This document shows, in pieces, positions 35,321 to 42,785 of a stretch of 64,000 nt of DNA (positions are counted from its first letter, which is position 1; each line of letters opens with the position of its first letter). The notes below the pieces were generated by a model, which worked only from the letters and a program-made list of their open reading frames with translations, had not been told where the DNA came from and did not search any database. The position numbers were made by a program, and so were the translations under genes. The DNA is taken from positions 1 through 64,000 of IMG/VR virus record IMGVR_UViG_3300045988_082903, one strand, 5' to 3'. The stretch is from a virus.

Positions 35321-35686
35321 TTACCTCTCGATAAAATCAAAACTAAGTCCTTCCATGCGCTCATTGCCTATCCACCAACACTTAAAAGGGGATTCCCTGT
35401 CGCCAACATAGAATGTTCTGGTTTCGTGCTTATTTGCAGATAGCAAGTCTGGATATGTGACCTGTATGTACTCTGGATTTACTGCCTGTATAATTTTGCA
35501 AGCAGTGTCCCAGTCTGGGCCATTCCAACCTACAGACAGCTTTCGTTTCTGTCCAACTCTGTTTTTATGCATGGTCGTATCGTCTGTTCTGCCGGATTCT
35601 GATGCCGATATATCCTGTAATCCCCATGTAAAAGAAGAAGGACAGGGCAATGCTACCCCATCCACTTTAAGAAATACTTCTGCCAT
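35321..35686 (-). CDS. Small tail component preceding the large tail protein (distal-tail-like; DUF6711-like from memory)
   Basis: 121 aa, SFTWGLQDISASESGRTDDTTMHKNRVGQKRKLSVGW; position-based. Confidence 0.5.
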   Translation of the reverse strand: MAEVFLKVDGVALPCPSSFTWGLQDISASESGRTDDTTMHKNRVGQKRKLSVGWNGPDWDTACKIIQAVNPEYIQVTYPDLLSANKHETRTFYVGDRESPFKCWWIGNERMEGLSFDFIER

Positions 35687-35729
35687 ATATTCACCTACTT
35701 TAGCACTCTGATTTCAAATTAGAGTGCTC

Positions 35730-36446
35730 TCAAGCAATCATTTTAGTTGCTTCACTTTGAACAAATTCTTTAATTTGCTGATATCCCCATCCGCAATTAA
35801 TAAGGCTGCTTACAAGCATTTCCATATTTTGTACTTTTGCTAAGTCATCACCTGTGAAGAAATCTCTAAGATTTTCTTTTGCTTTTACCCCATAATCACT
35901 TTCAAGCTCTTTGGCTGTTTTTCCGAATAAATTACGATAAATTAAATTTGTGTAATTTGGATAAGCAAATCTTTTATTTTGGCTTTCCGTTATTTTCATC
36001 TTAATTGTATCTGTTAGGATATGTCGAATAACAACACCCTTGTCACGCTCGATTTGCCATTGCTGACGTTCTGTATGAATTCTTTTTAATTCAGATTCCA
36101 TTTTATTAAAAGCGTCAATGTATTTAAGTTTCCACTGTAATGCTTTTTCACCATTAAATCCCATGGCTAACAAGGAAAATCCATCTCTTGTTATAAGGTA
36201 TTCGGTATACTCACGATTGTTTTCTCCGATATAAGAAGTTTTTATAAAATAATCAGAAAGGGGGATATCTCCCCTTTGAGAAATCTGTGTTACAAGACCT
36301 AAATGTTTGGTTTTACCCTCTGCGTCAACTTGTCCTTCAATTGCCCTTATTACTTCCTTGTGCTCTTTTTCGAAAGATTCTGCGATTTTTCTTGACGTAG
36401 TAAGTAACTTTTCTTCGTATCTTTTTCCAACGATTTCTACCAGCAT
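35730..36446 (-). CDS. Rha-family phage regulatory protein
   Basis: LTTSRKIAESFEKEHKEVIRAIE...YLITRDGFSLLAMGFNGEKALQWKLKYIDAFN. Confidence 0.75.
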   Translation of the reverse strand: MLVEIVGKRYEEKLLTTSRKIAESFEKEHKEVIRAIEGQVDAEGKTKHLGLVTQISQRGDIPLSDYFIKTSYIGENNREYTEYLITRDGFSLLAMGFNGEKALQWKLKYIDAFNKMESELKRIHTERQQWQIERDKGVVIRHILTDTIKMKITESQNKRFAYPNYTNLIYRNLFGKTAKELESDYGVKAKENLRDFFTGDDLAKVQNMEMLVSSLINCGWGYQQIKEFVQSEATKMIA

Positions 36447-36480
36447 AAATTCATATCTCCTTTATGATTTATTTTTTGGC

Positions 36481-36514
36481 AACAAAAAAGCGCCTACCCC
36501 GAAAGGTAAACGCT
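36481..36514 (-). terminator. Promoter-proximal intrinsic terminator (late cassette a)
   Basis: Minus strand AGCGTTTACC tttcgg GGTAGGCGCT then TTTTTTGTT. Confidence 0.7.
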
Positions 36515-36540
36515 TTAAAAATTGCTTATTATGATTTTAT

Positions 36541-36586
36541 AGTATAACATACGGCGAAAGTATCATTCAGTATACTTTGGTATCAT
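36541..36586 (-). promoter_or_regulatory. Late-promoter-like cassette a: 27-bp conserved box + extended -10
   Basis: Minus strand ATGATACCAAAGTATACTGAATGATAC - 8 nt - TATGTTATACT. Confidence 0.6.
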
Positions 36587-36704
36587 TTCACTGTTTTTAA
36601 AACTTCCTCTAAGTACAGATATTCGAGCAACTTATATGTTCTTTTGAGATCATAATAATCATCTACTTTTTCCAAAAGTTTCTTGATTTCTTCTTTATAG
36701 TCAA

Positions 36705-37001
36705 TCATTCTACAATTCCTCCCAACACTCTAATCAACTTCTGTTTGCGGTTATACTTCAAAATCTCGGAAATCTGCCCCATCATATCATCCATTGTCAT
36801 GTTGCTCTTCATGCTGTTGCATCGCTTACACGCCAGTTGCAGATTCTTAATATCATTGGTGCCGCCCCGGGACAACGGCGTAATGTGGTCGATTGTCATT
36901 TTCTTGAATTTGACAGGCTTACCGCATATCGCACATTTTCCGTTGCACTTGGCGTACACGCTCTTTTTCTGAAAGTCATTGAACTGGATTCTATTTGCCA
37001 T
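36705..37001 (-). CDS. HNH endonuclease
   Basis: CAICGK...DHITPLSRGG.N...NLQLACKRCNSMK. Confidence 0.85.
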   Translation of the reverse strand: MANRIQFNDFQKKSVYAKCNGKCAICGKPVKFKKMTIDHITPLSRGGTNDIKNLQLACKRCNSMKSNMTMDDMMGQISEILKYNRKQKLIRVLGGIVE

Positions 37002-37005
37002 AATA

Positions 37006-37188
37006 TCACGCTTCCCCGATTAACTGTTTGGTAAAGAGATACATTCCCTTTAATTTTGACAGGTCTTTCAAATTGATAAGATTTTCAATGATTCTCTGTC
37101 TGTACATATACTCATCCAGAAGCACTAAGCACTCGTTGTTATCTGCGTTCAGTTCGTCGATTGTTTTCTGTAATTCAGCCTTTGTCAT
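37006..37188 (-). CDS. Hypothetical small protein
   Basis: 60-aa ORF. Confidence 0.45.
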   Translation of the reverse strand: MTKAELQKTIDELNADNNECLVLLDEYMYRQRIIENLINLKDLSKLKGMYLFTKQLIGEA

Positions 37189-37224
37189 TTTATTTTCCTC
37201 CTGTGTATCCCTGTAAAAATCTAA

Positions 37225-37965
37225 TTAAAAGAATCTTTGCTGTGCGTTTTCGTTGTCAATCAGTTCTGCCAGATAAATTGGTGGCTTGTAATCTTCAACC
37301 AATTTTACCGCTTTTTCGCACTGTTTACGCTTGATTGCCTTATATGTAGTCACGCCAAACTGTCTGCGCACCTCATTATGAATATCTCTATACAGCTTTG
37401 CTCTCAAGGAACCATTCTTATAGGCGTTGCTAGACTTTCCACCCAAGACTTTTGTTCCTTTTGATTTCACGGCATTTGTTACCTTATCCATTTCTACTCC
37501 AAGAAGCGGTAAATCCTGTTTAAAATCTTCCAATTCTTGTTTCACTGTATCAACTTTTTTCTCTACCTGGGTTACTCGCTTGTCTACTACGATAACTGCC
37601 TGTAATTCTTTGGAGATTCCAGAAAGAGCTGGATAATCATAGGTTCCTGTCTTTCTAATAGATGGCAATACTTCTTTTGTAACCCACGACTTAAATTTCT
37701 TTGCAGATTCTAGCTTGCTTCCGAAAATAAGGGCGTAAAGACCAGACTCGTTAATAAAGATGGTTTCCTGTATTCTTCCGAGAGAATCGGTGAGTCCCTG
37801 TTTCAGGGAATCATCTTCTTCAACGTGACTTGCAATAGCACCTAATGGTTTTGCGTACCCCAAAGATAAAGCCACATCTTTTCCAACAAACCAAGGTTCT
37901 CCGTCAATCATAGTTGTTCTGATATTTCCAAATTCTGGATTATTAAAAATCTATAACTCATTCAT
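37225..37965 (-). pseudogene. Bro-N family antirepressor-like gene with in-frame TAG at codon 5
   Basis: ATG AAT GAG TTA TAG ATT TTT AAT AAT CCA GAA TTT..; the paralogue at 23935 has CAG (Gln) at the same codon; remaining ORF 37225..37911 intact (GEPWFVGKDVA...FKSWVTKEVLPSIRKTGTY). Confidence 0.7.
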
Positions 37966-37972
37966 ATAAAAA

Positions 37973-38038
37973 ATCTCCTTTCGGTGTTTACAATTACACC
38001 GAAGGGAGATATAATAACAATATCAACCACTTCGGTGT
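37973..38038 (-). promoter_or_regulatory. Leader with mutually exclusive hairpins around the Bro SD
   Basis: RNA elements A ACACCGAAGTGG, B ATCTCCCTTCGGTGT, C ACACCGAAAGGAGAT (contains the SD); B can pair with C or with A. Confidence 0.5.
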
Positions 38039-38087
38039 GTTGAGTGCTTAAAGGGTTCCGACTTTTCCAGGGTGCGGGAATCCTTTT

Positions 38088-38291
38088 TTATTTGTTTGCT
38101 TTTAACATATTCTTGATTTCGATAATTTCCTGTAAGATTTTATCCTCTTTGTCTGCACGAATATCTCCATCAATTAATCTGCGAATATAATCGTTTTTAC
38201 TCACCCCCATTTCTTTTGCTTTCTCACTGACAAAATCAAGCTGTTCTTCTGTCAGTCTTAACGTAAATGTTTTAATACTCATTAGTAGCAT
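38088..38291 (-). CDS. Ribbon-helix-helix (CopG-like) regulator
   Basis: KTFTLRLTEEQLDFVSEKAKEMGVSKNDYIRRLI. Confidence 0.7.
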   Translation of the reverse strand: MLLMSIKTFTLRLTEEQLDFVSEKAKEMGVSKNDYIRRLIDGDIRADKEDKILQEIIEIKNMLKANK

Positions 38292-38303
38292 TTCTCCTTT
38301 CTT

Positions 38304-38357
38304 GAAGTCATATTGACTTCTTGCTTATAATATACCATGAAGTCATTTAGAAGTCAA
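38304..38357. promoter_or_regulatory. RHH-gene promoter with four GAAGTCA operator half-sites
   Basis: Palindrome GAAGTCAtatTGACTTC 38304-38320; direct GAAGTCA at 38339 and 38350 (11-bp spacing); minus-strand TTGACT - 17 nt - TGgTATATT. Confidence 0.6.
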
Positions 38358-38485
38358 TATCATTTTCTGTTTTTTTAAAATCTTTGCTATTAAAAATAAT
38401 AGCAGAAATTTATTGACATTTCACTAAAAATTCTATAATATAATAATGCAATCAAAAACAATAGCATTATGAAAGGAGAGAAAGT

Positions 38486-38962
38486 ATGCTAGTAAGAAAT
38501 AAAAAACAAGTGCAAAAATCTTTTAGAATTGACGAAGATGTTGAAAGAGATTTAGGGCTACTGTCACAGATCACAGGAAGAAGCCAAAATGAATTGGCGA
38601 ATGTTGCGCTTGAAGAACTGCTGCAAGATAACAGTATTCATTTTCTAAATATTGCAATATTGGAGCATTATGAAAGTGAAGTTGAAAATGCGGATGAAAT
38701 AGCACCTTTTATATTGGGAGGACTAGAAGTTCAGTTTGCCCCTGTTGACGGAACAAGTGAAATTGAAATTACAAGCATTGTTAGGGACGGAGAAAAAGAA
38801 CTTGATAGGTATACAAAGAGAATAGATGAATGCAACGGTAATGAACTTGAAAATTATCTTATGTCTTTAAGTATGTATATAGATGTAAAGGCAGAAGATA
38901 CTGTACAGTATTTGAAAGATAGAACGGATTATAGAGATTATGTAAAAGTAAGAAACAAATAA
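38486..38962 (+). CDS. RHH-N-terminal domain protein
   Basis: KSFRIDEDVERDLGLLSQITGRSQNELANVALEELL then an unknown domain; SD AAAGGAGAG. Confidence 0.55.
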   Translation: MLVRNKKQVQKSFRIDEDVERDLGLLSQITGRSQNELANVALEELLQDNSIHFLNIAILEHYESEVENADEIAPFILGGLEVQFAPVDGTSEIEITSIVRDGEKELDRYTKRIDECNGNELENYLMSLSMYIDVKAEDTVQYLKDRTDYRDYVKVRNK

Positions 38963-39101
38963 AAATAAGAGATTCCGTACCAACCAAAGTTAAGAATCTC
39001 TTAAATGATTCTGCCACCAAATAGGAGGCTATACAAATTATAACACTGTATGCCTCCTGTTTGCAAATGAAAATTAAAATTTCACAGGAGGATTTTTATA
39101 T

Positions 39102-39905
39102 ATGAATGAATTACAAAAAGTAGAATGTAATGGAATTATTGTTCTTACAACACAGCAGATTGCAGAAGCGTATGGAACTGATACCAAAATTGTTTCATAC
39201 AACTTCAATCATAACAAAGATAGATATGAAGAAGGAAAGCATTTTATTTGTTTAACCGGGAATGAACTTCGGGCGTTTCGTGAAAATCACGATTTGCCAA
39301 ATAACTTAAATAAAATCTATCTCTGGACAGAAAAAGGGGCTTTCCTTCACGCTAAATCTCTGAACACCGATAAAGCGTGGGAAGTATATGACGCACTTGT
39401 GGATAATTATTTCGAGAAGAAAAAAGAAGAAATTAATGTAAATCAGCTGTCCCCCGAACTGCAAATGTTCAATCAGATTTTCCAACAGGTAGCCAAGACT
39501 GAACTGGAACAGAAGAAACTTGCGGAACGTGCCGACCAACAAGAGGAAAACATGAAAACCATTATTGATACCTTTAAAGGAACGGATTCTGATGTTGGCA
39601 CAGAGAAATGGGTAAACAGATGTATTTCAAAGATTGCCGAGAGTGATGATTTCTCTTACTCATTCGGAAATAAATATGCCGCCGCCAGAAACGAAAGCTA
39701 CCGCAGATTATCAGACAGAGCTGGTTGCCGATTAGATCAGAAACTTAGAAATGCAATTTCCAGAGCTGAGGAAAGAGGTTGCACAAAAGAACTGATTAAC
39801 CAAATTAATAAACTTTCCGTGATTATGCAAGATAAGCGACTGAAAGAAATTTACATTGGCGTGATTAAAGAAATGATGATTGCATACAGAGTAGAAATTG
39901 CATGA
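39102..39905 (+). CDS. ORF6N/ORF6C-type antirepressor-like protein
   Basis: Paralogue of 24895..25716 (N-domain GIIVLTTQQIAEAYG...; C-terminal DRAGCRLDQKLRN..ERGCTK). Confidence 0.7.
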   Translation: MNELQKVECNGIIVLTTQQIAEAYGTDTKIVSYNFNHNKDRYEEGKHFICLTGNELRAFRENHDLPNNLNKIYLWTEKGAFLHAKSLNTDKAWEVYDALVDNYFEKKKEEINVNQLSPELQMFNQIFQQVAKTELEQKKLAERADQQEENMKTIIDTFKGTDSDVGTEKWVNRCISKIAESDDFSYSFGNKYAAARNESYRRLSDRAGCRLDQKLRNAISRAEERGCTKELINQINKLSVIMQDKRLKEIYIGVIKEMMIAYRVEIA

Positions 39906-39912
39906 TTGCTGT

Positions 39913-39942
39913 AGAGCCAAGAATCCTTGGCTCTATTTTATA
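39913..39942 (+). terminator. Intrinsic terminator after the plus-strand operon
   Basis: AGAGCCAAG aatc CTTGGCTCT then ATTTTAT. Confidence 0.7.
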
Positions 39943-39944
39943 AT

Positions 39945-39979
39945 AACAAAAGAGGCTAGAGATTATTTCTCCCTAGCCT
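39945..39979 (-). terminator. Terminator after the Big_2 gene
   Basis: AGGCTAG..CTAGCCT stem with a U-rich tail on the minus strand. Confidence 0.55.
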
Positions 39980-39989
39980 AATTTTTCTT

Positions 39990-41096
39990 TTACCATTCTG
40001 GTGCTGGCATATCACGAACATCGTATGACATATTTACGTATACTTCATAACGATCTGGAATTATTGTATTATAATTTAAATCAGTTGGAAAATATGATTG
40101 TAAGTAATCAACACTTCCTTTTCTTTGAACATTAGCAAACAAACCATCGTCACATCCAATTATTCTATTATTTTTATAGTATACAACTGCCATATGGGTT
40201 CCACGATTGTTTTTTCCGTTATTCTTAACTGTTAAAACAACACCCTCCGTTCCCAAATTTGATGTATACGTAATATTCTTTGCATTAAAATCAAAATATG
40301 ATACGTTTTCTGTTTTTAGATTAATTTTTACAGAATCCCATTGACTTCCATAATTTGTCATTAATGTAGCATATTTCATCCCTGGCTCAATTACACACGT
40401 ATCATACTGATTGCTTACTGAAACTATTTGTCCATTCAAACAAAAAGCACAGCTAATATCAACAGAAACCGCATAATTGTAATTATTTTGAAGAATTATA
40501 ACTTCTCCCCTTGGCGTTGCTTCTGCGTGATACGTTACATTGTTTTTGGATGTATTCGTATTTCCGCTAAATCCACCATTAGAAGATTTTTTCACAGTAA
40601 CCTTACAGGTAAATTTCTTTCCAAGAATGGTTGCTGTAATATTGGCGGTTCCTGCCTTTTTCGCAGTAATTTTTCCATTTTTTACGGTCGCAACGCTTTT
40701 CTTTGATGATTTCCATTTTACAGTCTGCTTAGTTCCTTTTACTTTTATGGTACTTGTCTTTCCAACTTTTAAAGTAAGGCTTTTCTTGCTAAGTTTTGGA
40801 GATTCCACAGTTACTTTGCAAGTATACTTCTTTTTACCCACTTTTGCAGTGATTGTAGCAGAACCCGATTTCTTGGCTGTTACTTTCCCAGAACCACTTA
40901 CCGTTGCCACAGATTTCTTGCTGGAAGTCCATTTTGTCTTTCCTTTTGTTCCAGACAATTTCAGTTTCAAGGTTTGTCCAGTAAGTAACGTTGCCTTATT
41001 CTTACTAATCTTCCCTGCCGCAGATACTGGAACTGCCATACAGACAATCAATAGCATGACTGCCAGAACCGATAGTAACTTTTTCACTTTCTTCAT
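39990..41096 (-). CDS. Secreted protein with two Big_2 (Ig-like) domains and an unknown C-terminal domain
   Basis: Signal peptide ..AVPVSA/AG; two copies of L..G.T..L........W.SS..SVATV...G.VTA.K.G.A.ITA. Confidence 0.8.
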   Translation of the reverse strand: MKKVKKLLSVLAVMLLIVCMAVPVSAAGKISKNKATLLTGQTLKLKLSGTKGKTKWTSSKKSVATVSGSGKVTAKKSGSATITAKVGKKKYTCKVTVESPKLSKKSLTLKVGKTSTIKVKGTKQTVKWKSSKKSVATVKNGKITAKKAGTANITATILGKKFTCKVTVKKSSNGGFSGNTNTSKNNVTYHAEATPRGEVIILQNNYNYAVSVDISCAFCLNGQIVSVSNQYDTCVIEPGMKYATLMTNYGSQWDSVKINLKTENVSYFDFNAKNITYTSNLGTEGVVLTVKNNGKNNRGTHMAVVYYKNNRIIGCDDGLFANVQRKGSVDYLQSYFPTDLNYNTIIPDRYEVYVNMSYDVRDMPAPEW

Positions 41097-41159
41097 ACAC
41101 TCATACCTCCCAATAATTGATACCCATATTGTACCACCTTGGGACGTATTCTGGAAGCA

Positions 41160-41393
41160 CTATTTCGCTTTTCTATCAATTTCCGCAGTTACGGCAATCA
41201 AAAGAGCTTCGGCAAATTTTGCGCCGGCCGAATCAGAGTATTTATCGTGAATCTGCTTTGCTTCCATGGTGAGATTTTCCCACTGCGGAATATCGTCCTT
41301 TGAGATAAAGGCGTATTTCTTGTGGAGATTCCATATTTCTTGCCAGATGGAAAAATAAGTCTGTTTAAAGTCCATCAACGTAAAGCACTCCAT
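41160..41393 (-). CDS. Hypothetical protein
   Basis: Start uncertain (ATG 41393 or 41375). Confidence 0.4.
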   Translation of the reverse strand: MECFTLMDFKQTYFSIWQEIWNLHKKYAFISKDDIPQWENLTMEAKQIHDKYSDSAGAKFAEALLIAVTAEIDRKAK

Positions 41394-41652
41394 GATATTT
41401 CTCAAGCCTATATTTCTGCTTGATATTTGGATATTTTTCGTGATCCACTTCACTGTAAAACATATTTTTCGGTCTGGCAAATAATTTCTTGTCACCATAC
41501 AATGCCTTGTATATCACCAAGGCTTCTCCTGTTTCCGTATGTTGAGCAAATCCAACAATCTTATACAAATACTCGTTGTTGCGTGGCTCCTTGATGGTTT
41601 CTCTCTTAAAGTGCTGTACAATGTCTCCTGGTTCAAATAATGGTCTGTTCAT
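41365..41652 (-). CDS. DUF1653-like protein
   Basis: [10 protein letters not shown]...[32 protein letters not shown]. Confidence 0.6.
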   Translation of the reverse strand: MNRPLFEPGDIVQHFKRETIKEPRNNEYLYKIVGFAQHTETGEALVIYKALYGDKKLFARPKNMFYSEVDHEKYPNIKQKYRLEKYHGVLYVDGL

Positions 41653-41675
41653 TATATTTTCACATCTCCTTTTCG

Positions 41676-42008
41676 TTAATACCACTTCTCCTTCAGCTGA
41701 TTAATTGGTGTTCCGGCAACTCCGGCACTTTCTCCGCTGTCTGTTGTCTTGAAGTATGCACCCGGAATTTGAGGATACATAAACTCAAACATCAAATAAT
41801 TAGCTGCATCGCAAAGATATTCTGTGTTTCCTGTCTCACGATACTTTTTGATGCACATATCGTGGGATTCCAAGGCGTTTACCAACTTCTCCCCGAAGTT
41901 ATCCTTTGCTGTACCATATTTGTAAAAACTTACCTCAACCCTATTCTGGCGTAATTCATCGAAACGGTCTGAATATTCTGTCGGAAGTTCTGTTCCTATT
42001 TGGCTCAT
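41676..42008 (-). CDS. Hypothetical protein
   Basis: 110-aa ORF. Confidence 0.5.
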   Translation of the reverse strand: MSQIGTELPTEYSDRFDELRQNRVEVSFYKYGTAKDNFGEKLVNALESHDMCIKKYRETGNTEYLCDAANYLMFEFMYPQIPGAYFKTTDSGESAGVAGTPINQLKEKWY

Positions 42009-42127
42009 ATGCTTTAATTCTCCACAATTAGTTGATTTCTTTGTTCAAATTTCAATTTTATTGGCTTGCGCCTATATTTTTCTGGTGAGATGTTTTTGAA
42101 ACTGATTTGGTTATTTTATCATGTCAA

Positions 42128-42571
42128 TTAATTGCCCTCATATGTCTCATAATCAATCGTTCCCAGATCACCATACACATCTGGATAATAAATTCCAACC
42201 CAGAAGTTATCTTCCATTACTTTGTAGTAAGTTACATTTACATTCCATCTCTGTACCTCGTCAACAATTTCTTTGTTTAGAAGTCCGAATTGATCTCGGC
42301 AAGCTTCACTTTCCAGTTTGTAAGTCAATGCTTTGTATTTCTCTGCATTTGCCTGTCTGGTGGCGGTAACCGTAGTCTGGCTTATTGCTAAAAGCAATCC
42401 AGCGATCAAAAGATATACCGCACCGATAAAAGCCACTGCTACGCCCAAAACAAGCACGGTTGCGCTCACATTCGAATACTCATATTCGTAGCTTAAAGAT
42501 TCTCCTATTCTATTTGCAATCAGAATAACAACGCCGACTGCAAAAATGATTATTGATAGCCAAAATATCAT
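42128..42571 (-). CDS. Membrane protein (two to three TM helices)
   Basis: ATG after GGGAGGAC; hydrophobic N-terminal half. Confidence 0.6.
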   Translation of the reverse strand: MIFWLSIIIFAVGVVILIANRIGESLSYEYEYSNVSATVLVLGVAVAFIGAVYLLIAGLLLAISQTTVTATRQANAEKYKALTYKLESEACRDQFGLLNKEIVDEVQRWNVNVTYYKVMEDNFWVGIYYPDVYGDLGTIDYETYEGN

Positions 42572-42598
42572 AGTGTGTCCTCCCTTTTCTCATTCTGC

Positions 42599-42614
42599 GT
42601 CAGATTTATCTGAC
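42599..42614. promoter_or_regulatory. Palindrome GTCAGAT-N2-ATCTGAC upstream of the membrane protein gene
   Basis: Read directly. Confidence 0.5.
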
Positions 42615-42666
42615 ATAATAATATCGTTAGATATTATTCAAAATATAATTCTTTCTCTTTTTCTTA

Positions 42667-42738
42667 ATCTAAATCTATATCTAAATCTATATCTTAATCT
42701 ATATCTTAATCTAAACCTTTATCTAAACCTTAATCTGA
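42667..42738. repeat. Twelve tandem hexamers ATCT(A/T)(A/T)-like
   Basis: atctaa atctat atctaa atctat atctta atctat atctta atctaa accttt atctaa acctta atctga. Confidence 0.9.
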
Positions 42739-42770
42739 GTGCGTCTACTATGCGTCTTTTGTGCGTCTAA
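42739..42770. repeat. Three TGCGTCT direct repeats at exact 11-bp spacing (iteron-like)
   Basis: Starts at 42740, 42751 and 42762; followed by an A7 run. Confidence 0.85.
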
Positions 42771-42785
42771 AAAAATTAATTTATT

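Noticed and set aside
37951-37953. Phage-wide TAG-to-Gln stop-codon recoding suggested by TAG replacing CAG in the Bro paralogue
   Set aside because: TAG is used as an ordinary stop by several well-supported genes here (recT at 16297, the cro-like gene at 26128, 24430..24702). The very long late ORFs contain no in-frame TAG interruptions. No suppressor tRNA is visible.
42546-42770. Plus-strand ORF encoding LNLYLNLYLN...
   Set aside because: It is a translation artefact of the hexamer repeat tract. It has no SD and overlaps the upstream region of the minus-strand gene.
42667-42770. CRISPR array or DGR template/variable repeats as an explanation for the repeats here and at 21488-21676
   Set aside because: The units are 6, 11 or 27 nt and contiguous, with no unique spacers. 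No cas or reverse-transcriptase gene is present in the window. No long near-identical repeat pair with A-specific differences was seen.
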